Position numbers and translations under genes: made by a program. A stretch of 64,000 bases of DNA. Origin: Tubiluchus corallicola. Lineage: Eukaryota; Animalia; Priapulida. The stretch spans positions 362,116-426,115 of the forward strand of contig JAQGDQ010000064.1 in the NCBI GenBank assembly GCA_030141605.1, given 5' to 3'. The notes beneath the pieces were generated by a model that worked only from the letters and a program-made list of their open reading frames with translations, was not told where the DNA came from and searched no databases. Positions 13,101-25,000 of the stretch are shown here, in pieces; the stretch's first letter is position 1, and every line of letters starts with the position of its first letter.

Positions 13101-15700
13101 TATTTCTAATCAAGAAATAATGTGTTTTAACTCAATTGAGCAAATATAAACTCAAGTAAAATGCTATGTAATTTGCTCAGTTTACCAAACGTAATAAGCT
13201 GTATTACTTAACATTTCTTTCTTTGTTAAACTATTCGTAACATTAGTAAATTTTAAAAATGTATTGTCATATAAGTGCTGTCCATAAATTTTAACAAATG
13301 GTGATGAGTCAACTATAGTAAATCTAATTTTTTGAATGTCATTTTCAGTTTGCAAACCTTGCGTTACATTACAGCTCTTTCATTTTTGTCATCAGTTCCA
13401 TTTTTCATTGTTTCAGTTTTCTTATCGATTTCCTTTATTTCAGATGAACATACTCGCAGCTTACTGTTAAAGCCCACAAAAGCCTTTGCGCAAATTTGGA
13501 AATATTTTTGAATTATTACTATAATTTGACATTGAAGCACGTGTAGATTTTGCTTACAAACAATGCACAAGTGCTCTAACAGAGTGTTGTTAATGCAAAA
13601 AGAAAAGCAGAAGTAACTGATGCAATTACATGAGTAACCTAATAGTAATTACATTCACAGACTGAAATGATGAAATTAAAAACCTGTTGTGCCTCTCAAT
13701 TTCGTTAATTGCAGGTGTTTTAAAATAAAGCTTTCTTGTGTCTTGTAAACCACTTTTTTCTCATTACAGAAATGTGCTAATTTTTCTTTGAGACTTCGAT
13801 AAATAAAATATTTTAAACTATTTGTTGTTCTTTTGCCAGTTTTCACAAAATTTGGGTAAGTCCCTATCGTACGACACCAAATTTATTTGAATAGATTCAG
13901 TTATTTTTTCATAACTGTAATTTTTGCAAATTTTTCAAACTTATTAAGTGTTTTTTTATAGGCATCAGATTCTGAACGATGATGATGTTGCATTTAAAAT
14001 GATTTCGTCCAACATTTCATCCGTTGTCGGTGATCTGGATGATTTACGACGTCATCCAAAGAAGTTCATTTGTTTAAACGACAACATGGACCATAAACGT
14101 GAAGAAACAAACACGGTAACTAGCAATTTTTATGGCTAGAGTTGATCAACTTTCAGCCTATCACACTTGTGGACATGTTAAGGGTTAAAGGTTAACAAGG
14201 AAAGACGAATGTCCATGCTGCCATTAGTGGGGGTGTGTGTAGTGTATATGGCGAAATGAAAATTAAAATAGTCTGTTCGTAATGCCAGTTTGATTAAAAT
14301 TAGACCACTCCACGCAAGTGCATTTGCTGAAACTTGATAACCAACAGCAAATAGTGGTGATTTTTTGTTTGAATTTGAAAACCAAACCAGTTCTTCTGAA
14401 AACTTTAGTATTAAACCACATCTCTGTGGTCAAAATTACTTGAAACACTGGAATTTAGTTTTAAGTCTTACTGTGGAACTTATTGAAAACTTAAATTGTA
14501 TATCTGTTGTCTATATATATTATAGTGCCAGAATTTTTTGTTTTGAAGCTGTTTATTATTGTCAAGATTTTGACTGAAGTTTTGTACATGTAGGATCACA
14601 GAAATTTTGTTTAGAAACCTAGTTTTGCTCTGAACTTATTATATCTTCTATTATAATAAAGAAATAAATAGTAGAATATTCCAGATATGTTGAGTTCCAC
14701 ATAACTAATGCTTCTTTGTATTAATAACAGAGTTATTTTAGAAACTTAAATTAGCACGACTAAAACTTTCATTGCTAACTAGCATACTAATTATTCCTTT
14801 TAGGTAAAAGCTTTACTGATGGACTACTACGAGTCTATATTTCCTCTCCAATCGCAGTTTGAGCTTCCTTTAGAATACCGTAACAGATTTTTACACATAG
14901 ATGAGCTGCGGTCATGGTATGTGCTTTCACTATAGAGCAATTAGTTATCATATATCTTTGTGCATCCTGAATTCAGCATAACATAATTTTAAATTAAAGA
15001 GGTATAGGCATTAAACAATATAATTTTGCTTATACTACTTACTGTATTTATTCTAGGCGCATTTACCGTGACATACTGAAGGTAGCTACATATGTTTGTC
15101 TAGCACTCCTTATTGCATTCAGTGCAGCATCATTCTGTCAAACGCAAGTAAGTGCTTTCCTCGTTCAAAAATTTTGCACGTATAAATTGAAATGTTACTG
15201 ATAATGAATGTAACAAATATAAACACTTTTGGTGTTGCTAAATGTAGCAAATATAAATTCAAATGGCTGACATGTATGTTACTGAATAATATGTTAGCGA
15301 GTGCAACCTCTAAGTATGTGCTATCCTCTTCACTGAATTTAATAAATATAAATTTTAATAAGTGCTATCTATTTTGCGCTGTTTATCAAACATGGAAACA
15401 TTTTTGGAAACATGCTTTTTTAACATTTTTGTAACTTTTAATGTTTTTTTTCTTGTAATAAATGCTAGTAAAAGTTGAAAATATAAAATCTCATACAAGT
15501 GTTGTCCATAAATTTTAACAAATGTTGATAATTCAACTATAGTAAATCTAACATTTTGCATGTCATTTTCAATTGAAAGCCTGTCAGATTAATATATTTA
15601 TTTACAGTTAAATGCAGTGAAGAGACGATTTTGTCGAAAGCGTTCTGGCTCAAATGAATCAAACAGCAGTTGCTCAGAAGGCAGGCTCCTAAGTGTATAG
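1166..15700 (+). CDS. GNPTAB: N-acetylglucosamine-1-phosphotransferase alpha/beta precursor (Stealth family), 5' end outside the window, 18 exons seen
   Basis: Phase-consistent GT-AG exons: 1166-1368, 2157-2354, 3095-3226, 3810-3980, 4645-4768, 5527-5745, 6855-7066, 7592-7746, 8342-8463, 9294-10225, 10546-10742, 11248-11400, 11993-12179, 12964-13049, 13962-14115, 14804-14916, 15057-15147, 15608-15700 (TAG). Motifs: Stealth CR2 ([35 protein letters not shown]; [22 protein letters not shown]), two Notch/LNR repeats ([27 protein letters not shown]; [20 protein letters not shown]), DMAP-like GELTEKG, GFLPWEK, CR3 (RKVPAHMP; [12 protein letters not shown]), EF-hand (DTDKTGTWSDRE), CR4 (KFICLNDN; [10 protein letters not shown]), C-terminal TM helix. 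Confidence 0.96.
3427..3535. repeat. Degenerate (TAT/CAT/CGT)n trinucleotide microsatellite
   Basis: ttattattattatcatcatcattgtcgtcgtcatcat...catcatcatcatcaccatt inside a GNPTAB intron. Confidence 0.8.
4488..4585. mobile_element. Miniature inverted-repeat element with internal telomere-like (TTAGGG) repeats
   Basis: 17-bp inverted repeat tttacaattccccacac / gtgtgggaaattgtaaa (1 mismatch) enclosing ttaggattagagttagggttaggattaggg. Confidence 0.55.
5843..6436. mobile_element. Non-autonomous Tc2/pogo-type (Tc1/mariner superfamily) MITE
   Basis: TA on both flanks; TIR ccgtatatacttatatacaagtcga versus tcgacttgtacacacgtatgtatgg; internal gtcgactt repeat. Confidence 0.7.
9294..10225 (+). CDS. GNPTAB: Large internal exon of GNPTAB (end of the DMAP-like domain plus Q/P-rich spacer); explains the 349-aa ORF
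   Basis: Acceptor tttatag|GTGAG at 9293/9294, donor CCAG|gtgatt at 10225; encodes GELTEKG...RKLKS...GFLPWEK. Confidence 0.9.
11659..11823 (+). ncRNA. Candidate intronic H/ACA-like small RNA (unconfirmed)
   Basis: GC-richer island in the GNPTAB intron 11401-11992; three hand-folded hairpins ending in ACA+3 nt (ACAatt, 11818-11823); H box imperfect. Confidence 0.3.
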
Positions 15701-17346
15701 CAGATCAGAAAATTGCATCATAGAACCATCAGCAGCAGTAGTAATCAAGTTCTTTGTGATTATTTGTTGCCTTCTGTATGGTCTAGCACTGGTAGAAAAC
15801 TCCTCAAAGCAAAAGTGTGAGACGAGAGAAATCCGAATAGTCGAGTGCTTAAATGGAGTCATCTTTTAGCGTCATTTTATGCACAACCATGCACTACTGA
15901 TTTTGTATAAAATTAATTATGTAGTGACAAGTGGCATCTATTGGTTTTTGTTACTAATTAAACTCACTGAGTACTTTTTACAAAAATTCAAGCTGATCCA
16001 CAGAAAAGAATCATGTTGTAATCAAATTTTATGTGAAGGACATGGGCTTATAGATTTGAATCTACAAACAAATGGCTTCACCTTCGATGAGCGCCATGTG
16101 GAAAGTGTTGTGCAAAGTTGTTTGTGATAATTAGGTGACAGATTTCTTGACCATCTTGCAAGTCAAGCAAAAAGACTTGTTGCGTCAAACTCACTGCAAC
16201 TAATTTTACGTGATAGAAACTGATCTACCATTAAAGCCCGGTGGGTGGTCAATGTTACAATCCCCGTTTCTTAAACAGCTCTCTAAAGATTTTCATTACT
16301 TTATAGTTTGACTGCATTGCTCAATTTGCTGCTCTGGACATGTTTATTACTGGACATACTCTGGACATCAAGAACATGCGTGTTACTTGCATATGTGCGA
16401 TTATTAACATATATGAAATATGTATCTTGATGATTATACATTTTCCAAATTTTGTAAAATTTGTTTATAATGATGGTTAGGTGAAAGTTTGGAGCACCTA
16501 GAACATGCCATAGTTCTTGCCAAAGTTCCAAAAAGTTGTTTTTGAACTACTGTGATCTTATTCTTGGTTTAGAAGGGTAGTAAGCCATTGCTTAATTTCC
16601 GCGATTTGTTTTGAAGTGCAGATTGTTAATTCAACATTTTAATTTGTTATCACAAACAGCAATATTGTATGTTCATGTGAGGTTTTGTATAATATATTAC
16701 GAGATGTTACTTTTTTTATAAGAATGGCTGTGTGTTGAATAAATTGTGTTTTGTATATACGAGTGCAAAATTAAGTATTGAATAGTGTATTTGTTTTCTT
16801 TTGAAAATTTTGGTGTTGGTAATGATAATTTATAGTTTTATTAAGTAATTGTTATGAATCTGCCGTGTTTTGGATTAGTGAAAAATGTAATCTTTCAGTG
16901 CAGGTATTTCATAGTAGATAACTGCAATGGTGTAGAACTGCTAGTCCGTCTACAATTTTGTTCATTTCCTTTTGCTGCACATTGGATATTTTGATGTGAT
17001 CTATCATTTGCTACGACATGTTCGTAAATTTTTTTTGAAAGATCAGCAAAAATCACATATTAATCTTTAGACCTTAATGATATTTTAATAACTAATTATT
17101 GTCTTGTGTTTCAAAACTGATATAAAACAAATACTTATTGTGGAACATCATAAGCAGTGTGTTGGCTGTATTTTTTCTGTGTGTGGTACGTAAATATTCA
17201 AATTATAGTAATAAATCTATTCAAGTATACGCTTTTGTTAATTTTCTTTGTTTAGGTTACTTCTGCCTAGTTGAAGAGTTCAAGTGCATAAAAATCTAAA
17301 ATGATAGAGTTGCTGTTAGTTCTGTCTCGCACTTTCTCTCTTTTTG

Positions 17347-17349
<3 letters not shown>

Positions 17350-17386
<37 letters not shown>
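17350..17386. repeat. (CT)n microsatellite
   Basis: Uninterrupted tctctc run of about 18 units. Confidence 0.95.
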
Positions 17387-17389
<3 letters not shown>

Positions 17390-19080
17390 CTCCATTCTTT
17401 CTCTCTTTCCATTCCATTATTCGCTGTTTTCTCCTAACCTTTTCACACATCATACGGGTCTTTGATTTTTCTGAAACAAGAAGACTGTTTTACCATCTTT
17501 CAGAACAGTAATACGCAACCCTCCTTTACTAAAGTCACTTGTACAAACTTAACTATGCCTAACATATTACTTATAACAATATAAGTAATAATAAAATATA
17601 AGTTATATTTTATAAGTTATAAGTAAAGTAAAATATTAGAACTTATAATAAAATAATATTAATTTACTCTCTGAACCTCATTATTCTCTGTATCCACTCA
17701 GAATGGCAAAAAGCGCATTTTATCTGACCATTTTGTTAATGAGTTTGTGGTACTGCATTCTGCATTTCCCAACGGTGGAGTCATATTTCAATTGTCCATC
17801 ACTGAGTTCTTTAATTTCTTGAGACACAACACTTAATGTTAATCAATTATGAAACTCACATACCATTAGATACAAAAATCTATTCATGATACTTTTTGCA
17901 GTCCTCCAATTAGTGTAGCATAGTCCACTAAAAATTTTTATCTTTGTTCTGGTTATTCACAATTTTCTTTTATGATCTTGTGTTGAATACTTTCAGACTT
18001 TGCGAAATTAATTTTTTACTGTACATTTTACAAATGTATTCATATATTGCATTTAAAGTGTACTGTATCTTAATGTGCGTTTGCATTAGTATTTAGTGTG
18101 TATTTCATGTTTGTTTTTATTTTAAGCGTAATTTTATTTAACTCTGGCATCACTATTGCAACCACAGTTTTACATTGATTGTATTATCTTTTTTGATAAA
18201 TGTAGTTTACCATTCATTCCTTGATATACAATTTTAAAGCAAAATTTTTTTTTATTATTATTGTTATTATAAATAAAAAAAGTTGCACTGTGTTACTACA
18301 GGTAGATGCTGATATAGCACATGCCATTTTTATACTTAATTTGCACTGCAGATGTTCACGCCCTGACATCTTTACAATTATCTGTCCTGTCCTGTCACGA
18401 GCATCTTGCCCTATGCAACTCTACTTTGTCTATTCTGTTCTGTGCCATCTTGCCTTTCTTGTCTTAGCTGTCCTGTCCTGTCTTCTCCTGCACTACCTTG
18501 ATTTGCACTATTTAATTTGACTTTGTCTGCATGTTCTGCCCTGATTTGTCCATCATTTCATCATATTCAGTGAAAAAATAATTGATTTTAGTATGAATAT
18601 TCGTGAGTTTAAACCTGTTAAGCTAGTGCATAATCTAATATTAGAAGTAAAACTCAACTGATAAAAATTATAATAAATTTAATTTTCATTGGCTCACTTC
18701 ATTCCTTTATTTTTTTATTGGGCCAAATGTCAAGCCTATAATTACGAGCCCATTAGAGAGAGAGAGAGAAGGGGATCTAAGTTACTGTAATTTATTGTTA
18801 TCGCAGGGATTATAATGTGCTTCGTTTCCTCACTATTTTGTGCCTGCCTGGTGCCACTGTAGAATTACAGAGTACCTACCATAGAATTATAGATGTCACC
18901 GTACTGCAGTGCCACCTGTAGTACAGTCGCGCATTGATATCTGTAGGCGTCTGAGGAACTGCTTTCGAAGGAACTATTTCTTATGTTGGCGGGCGCGTAG
19001 CCATATTGGTTTTTCCTTGTGCATGAAATTTTGTGTTTGTTTAAATCCATTAATTGTGACTTAATTTCAAAACATCCAAT

Positions 19081-22000
19081 ATGTCAGAAGGTGTCAGGGA
19101 AGACCAAGTGTATCAAGCCAAATTGGCCGAGCAGGCTGAAAGATATGATGGTAAGAAATACAAATATTTTTTGTAAATTGCATGATGTGGTGTGTTGAGT
19201 CCATGAAACACGAAAAATGTAGCCGGTTCTTTGCTGATTCTCGTTAAGGGGAAGAGTAAAATGTGATGTTTGTTGAAACTCCTTTTTATTAGTGGCCGTT
19301 TGCTAATTTTGGCTTCTCGCTGTCACAATGTTGTCATGATGTTTGCTCTTGCACTAATATCGTTAACGAACTGTAGCTAAGATATACTAGATGTGGCCAC
19401 GCTATATTAATTCAAAAAATTAGGGACAAATAAGCGGGAACATTGGGAGATAAATAAAGTTATACAACGGAGTCGAGACATGAGTGCATTTAAGCCCATT
19501 TTCTTGATATCTAGCATATTTCCGAGAGCAAAAGAAACTTTCAAAGTTTACACATTTTTGGAGCAACTTCGAAATACTGTAATGTGAAATTCAGTTTTAG
19601 GATCAATGCTCCAGCTGTTAATCGTATAAATACTGTTATTTGACTGATTTAGCATTGTGGTACTATGTACTTTCGAAGTCTTGACAGATGGCCATACATG
19701 CGTTCTTTTTAGCTTGCATTTTTTACTTACATGTTGAGCTGACCTAATAGTAGCTTTGTTAGGAAACAATTTAATTGTTGCAATTAAGTATCAGGCAGTA
19801 TTTATATTGCTAATTTTTTTGCATGAATATGCAGTGCGAAATTGTCTTTATAGTACCATATTAGTTTCTTTGACAGCTTGTTGGCCTCAATTTTTAGAAC
19901 ACTGTGATAACCTTTTGTCAATCCGCTATGATAATGCCGATATGCTAGGAATCATTTACTCTGTAGACGCTCTGCAGCCACGACTACTTCAAGGTTAAAT
20001 AGTAACTGAAGAGTGAAAGTGTCCATGGAACTGAAAATCTTGACAACTATCAATTTTCCAAGGGAAAAATTTGCAATAAAATTTTAACAAATGGTTTGCT
20101 TGACTAATGAATAATTTATTTGACTAACATTTAAAAAATACCTTTCATTAACAATATGTCAAAATGAAAAACTATGCTTTAAAATTTTAAAATTCTATAG
20201 TAAACAGTAAGGTACAAAACATCACAAAATTCATTTGTGAGAACTGTAATTCACAAACTTAGTTTCAGCAGAACCAGAAGAGCTACAACAATTACAGAGA
20301 ATTCATGAGTGAGAAATTTGTACCAGAATATGGCTTTTGCAATAAGCCCATTGCTTTCAGTCATATTTTCAATTTTTTTGATACTATGTAGACTGAATGA
20401 GGCTTAAACATTCCAACATTACCTTTCGCAATCTTAAATTAAGTTTAAAAGTCATTTGTCCACACACTATGCCATGCCTCCCTAAAATGATTTACTGGCA
20501 CTGTCAAATTACAATGATTCACTTCACATTTAATCCGATTCTATAGACTATATATGCATGCTTCCATGTGTACTTTAACCAACTTGTGTGTAAACTAACT
20601 ATTATAAAATCCCATGGACAAAATTTGCAGGCACCATTTGAAACTACCTTAATTAGCGATTACAGTTATGTGACTACTTTTTGTGTAAAATAGTTGCCCA
20701 GAAATGAATTGAACTTCCACATAAACGTTTTAAGCTGTTGTGATTCTTAGTTGCCTTAAACGACACATAGTCCATTGGTCAAAATTCCAATAGAATTCCA
20801 CACATTAGCACTTCTGGAAATTTAAGAAGATAGCTGGAAAAGTAGCATGTCACAGAGCGTTTGTGTATCTTGTGAGAAAACACAAAGAAGGTGGTACTAC
20901 TAGTCTAGTTACTGAATGTACTTGGAAATCCAGAGCTTGCAATTGAAACTGACACTTATCAGTATCTTATTAAAATTTAGGAACGCAAGCAGTGAAAACC
21001 AAACTTTTTCCCAGCATTTAGAATTTTTTCTAGTGTTTAGAATGTTGCACAATTTATTAGTCTCGTTTTTTTTCCGAAAGTTCCGAAAATTCTTATAACG
21101 CAGTTTGGTATCTTTTGCCAGTATTCATAGATGATCGCCGAAATTTTATGTTGCGTTAGTTCATGCATTAAAGTAACAAATGCTTTGTTGGTACACTGCT
21201 GACCTAAATTAATGCTTCAGATGTGTTTTTTATTTTTTATACACTGTACCCTTCGTGAACGAAAAAACACAGCTTTAAATGCATAGCTTTGGATGCTGTT
21301 ATCAATGCACTGGTGATCAATGCTTGGACATGGCAGACTGCAGAGCAGTACAATGAACTGTCGCTACTGTACCCAACTCAACTACTAATCGATACTACGA
21401 TACTGCCTTGCCTTGTTTGTGTACTTCTTTCTCTCTAGGCTCGCTGACTGACGTGTTACAATAATCTACGTGCGGCGGAATTTATTTGATTTTTCTCGTG
21501 TTCACGAGTGCTCACTTCGAAGGCCGTACTAGGCCTGATCATATTAATGCATAAAATTTAAAATTTATGAAAACGGTAGCTGTAAGAGAATAAAAACTTC
21601 AAAACTGTTTTAATACATCACCTCTCTCTCTCTCTCGCAGTTAACTAAACACCTTGCTTGTTTAATTTCATTAACAAAAAATGTCCGTATTTCTTTCCTT
21701 GCAAGTCTCAATTTCGAATAGAGCGGTGTTGATCTATTCCAGAAGCGTGCTTTCCATTTACTGGTTACCTAGTACCTTCTCTGAACTGCTTTACTTCCTG
21801 TTTGAATGCGCTTTGATGCCAATGAATCATCCAGGCACGGCGGCGGGCGCGAAGCCAGTTCTAGGAAGCCAGAGACATTTCACGGTGAACGTTACACACA
21901 AATAGCCCCTTGCTTTTGCGTTGATTTCCCAAACCTAACAAGAGCAGCTTCCATTTCCTTCAGATTTTATTTTACAAATTTAAGTCTATTTACGTTGTAA

Positions 22001-25000
22001 AATAAAAAAAATAATTTATTCCATGGTGCCAACCAAAAAAAGAAAATTTACTTGCTGGCGAATATAGTAAATAGAACGTTTCTGTTGAGTTCTGAGCATC
22101 ACTGTTCAACAAAATAGCTAAATTTAAGCAAAACTCTTTTACTTTTAAAGTAGCGGTTGGAGCAAACACTGCCTACTAAGTTTGTAAGTTGTGCGGCAAG
22201 TCTAGCTCATTGCCCCTGCGCCGGCCGGCTACAGTGCCATGTGGCGTCTAGGTTGCAACGTGCGTTACGAGTTTTAACAATGAGTCATTCAAGCGTTACT
22301 CATATCATGACGCTACCTACTTTATGTCTACTGTACATTATATAGTAGCCGTGTTGAGAAATGGTGAATGGGAGAATTAGGACGTTTTGATTGGACGATT
22401 TCTCTGTGTTCTAGGTGAATGTGCGGAGTTGTTGGTATATACTGCAAAAAAAAACTAGTGTCATGTGGTTGTTTGCTAAACATGATAAGATTTGAAATAC
22501 GTACAACATAAAAATACAGGTCTGATCTAAGCAACATAAATAGTTTAAAAGTTAGTCCCGAGATGTAAAAATACCTGCTGGTGTCTGGCCAAATTTGTTT
22601 CCTTTCATTTTTCAGTGATACTTTTGTGTAATTACGTAACGTTATGTACTTCATGACAAGTAGTCATTTTACTGTATCGGGTGGCACAAAAAATGTGCTG
22701 AAGTTTAGACTGCAATAACATTAGAATGAAGTGTCCTACAAAGCTCAAATTTCACAGCATGATATTACAATACATCATCTTTTGGCTGTTAAAGTCACAG
22801 GTTTACACGTTAAATGGCCAAAAAAAATTACAGATTAAAAACGTTAATACCGATTTAGTGTCACCTAATCATCAATAATTGTGATCGTTTTCGTCATAGA
22901 AAGTAAAGCATTGATAAAAATTTGTTAAAGAAATGAGACTAATCCTCTGGATTGTGGTATTTAGAATTCTTTTAAAGAGACAGCATATGACTGCCGCACG
23001 GAATCGTTTGATGCGAAGCAACTACGTGCAAAGGCAAAAATTGTTTAGCATAGGGACCAAATACCCATTAAGTAAATTTGAAACTGTGTTGGTTGTTGAA
23101 AGAAATGTCTTTGAGTTTGCATTGAAAATGTTGGACACAAAAAGCACCAGCAATAAACTTAACAATAGTGGCATATGAAATATTTTCCTGGTTTTTATTT
23201 TTTGACTATGAATTTAAAACTTCCGTATCTGTGCAAAAATCTGTTGCAATGACCTAACCTTTTTGATGTTTATAGTAAGCGTCAGTAACATCAATGTGAT
23301 AACTTTTTGGGGATTTTATTTCTTCTTATAATATTGTGGTAAAAACTTCAACACAGTTTTTGCACCAGCTGATATTTACTAAGTATCTGCTTGTGACCTA
23401 TTTGTAAAAACGATAGTTGTTGTTGCAATATGTATCAATTACGCTACATATTATCTATTTGTAATTCAGCTATTTTAAAAGCTTCTACTTTTGGTTTGTT
23501 GGTTGGTAAAAGATAGACTAATTCTGCCTATAGTCACACCTTTAAGCTTGGTCAGTTCTAGGCATGTGTGGAATGCTGTCTTGACACTATATCATTTCCA
23601 TTTTCCAGGTAAGCTTATACCCTTGGGCAGTTCTTGCTACAGCAAAGAATGACATATTAGAACATGTAGAATAAATTTTGCAATGGTCTTATTTTAATTC
23701 TGAGACCAAATACTATAGATACATTACACTGGACTTATTTTTATTCTGTGACCAAATGTTATAGATATATATATATATGTGCAACATGTTGCAAACTTTT
23801 TGCCTTGGATGATCAGAGGCTATCGGTTGCACGGTGCTCATGTGTTGGAAGTTTCAGGTGTTTTTGTCCTAAAGCCTGTGTCTATATGATCTTGCACTGA
23901 AATTTCAGAATATTTAATGTATTATTATATGTCTCTTTCTAACTTTCCTAACATAGAATAGGTTTTTGCGTGTCAGACGGCAAAAACATTTTTAATGTCT
24001 TTTATATATTGTATATTATATATATTTTGTCTTTTATTTTATGGGGTTGTCTTTAACTTTTATAAACAAATTTATGTACACAGCAGTTTGTTTCAGAAAG
24101 GCTTCCCACTTTCACGCAAACAGCATTTGGCCTTGTCTTCGAAATTTTAGGTATTTGTAATATAATTTGTTTAAACTGCATCCCTTTTTGATCTCAATAT
24201 AAGTGCATTTAGTTCCACTTTTGAAATGGACAGCGAAGGTGATGTTTGGTCAAAAAAGTAAAACGGCCTCATCAGTTGTGCATATGACATCGGGGGAAAG
24301 AGACAGGTATTGTTCTGTAAACTGCGTGGAATTAAGTATTGATGTTCTTATGCTATGCAAAGCCAAAAACGAATCCCGAGCAGACTATGTTTTGTTTTCA
24401 TATAAGAATTTGTTTGTTTTTTATTTGCAAACTATCACACTTTATGTTATTTGATGATAAATAAACAGGTAGCTTCTAATTTCTGTAAAGTGGAGTTGAA
24501 ACGGAATGAACGATTCTTTAAAACGGAGTTTGGTCAGCTTTGAAATTGAAAATCTACGGCCCTAGAATTGATTAGGCTTATCCACCATTTGATCACGAAA
24601 TCTAATTATGCGGAGGGAAATCATATTTAGTTTACTTATAAAATGTCAACATAATGACCGTCGGCAGCCAGCAGTCAGTGAAGCTAGAGACTGTTCTTAA
24701 AGACACATACAGATCGAATGCTGATTATTTTGTTGCACCTTGATGGAAAAAGATAACTAACAAATCTCCAAGTTTAGAAGTAGAATCTGCTGAATGAATT
24801 TCATTTTTATTCACTTTTTACAGAAATGGTGGAATCTATGAAACAGGTGGCGTCCCTCAATATTGAGTTGACGGTAGAAGAACGAAATCTACTTTCAGTT
24901 GCCTACAAAAATGTGATTGGTGCACGTAGAGCGTCATGGAGAATTATCAGTAGTATAGAGCAGAAGGAAGAAAACAAGGGAGAGGAACACAAACGCATGG

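Noticed and set aside
15698-15820. Stop-codon readthrough of GNPTAB (TAG-C followed by about 39 open codons)
   Set aside because: The context TAG CAG ATC is not a known strong motif (CAR-YYA or CTAG) and the extension has no recognisable features.
21040-22104. GC-richer segment with a hAT-like end (..gagcatcactg) and short ORFs
   Set aside because: Probably TE-derived, but I could not identify a partner TIR, a TSD or protein motifs.
24650-24730. Possible C/D snoRNA in 14-3-3 intron 1 (atgacc...ctga with a short terminal stem)
   Set aside because: The C box departs from RUGAUGA and I recognised no rRNA complementarity.
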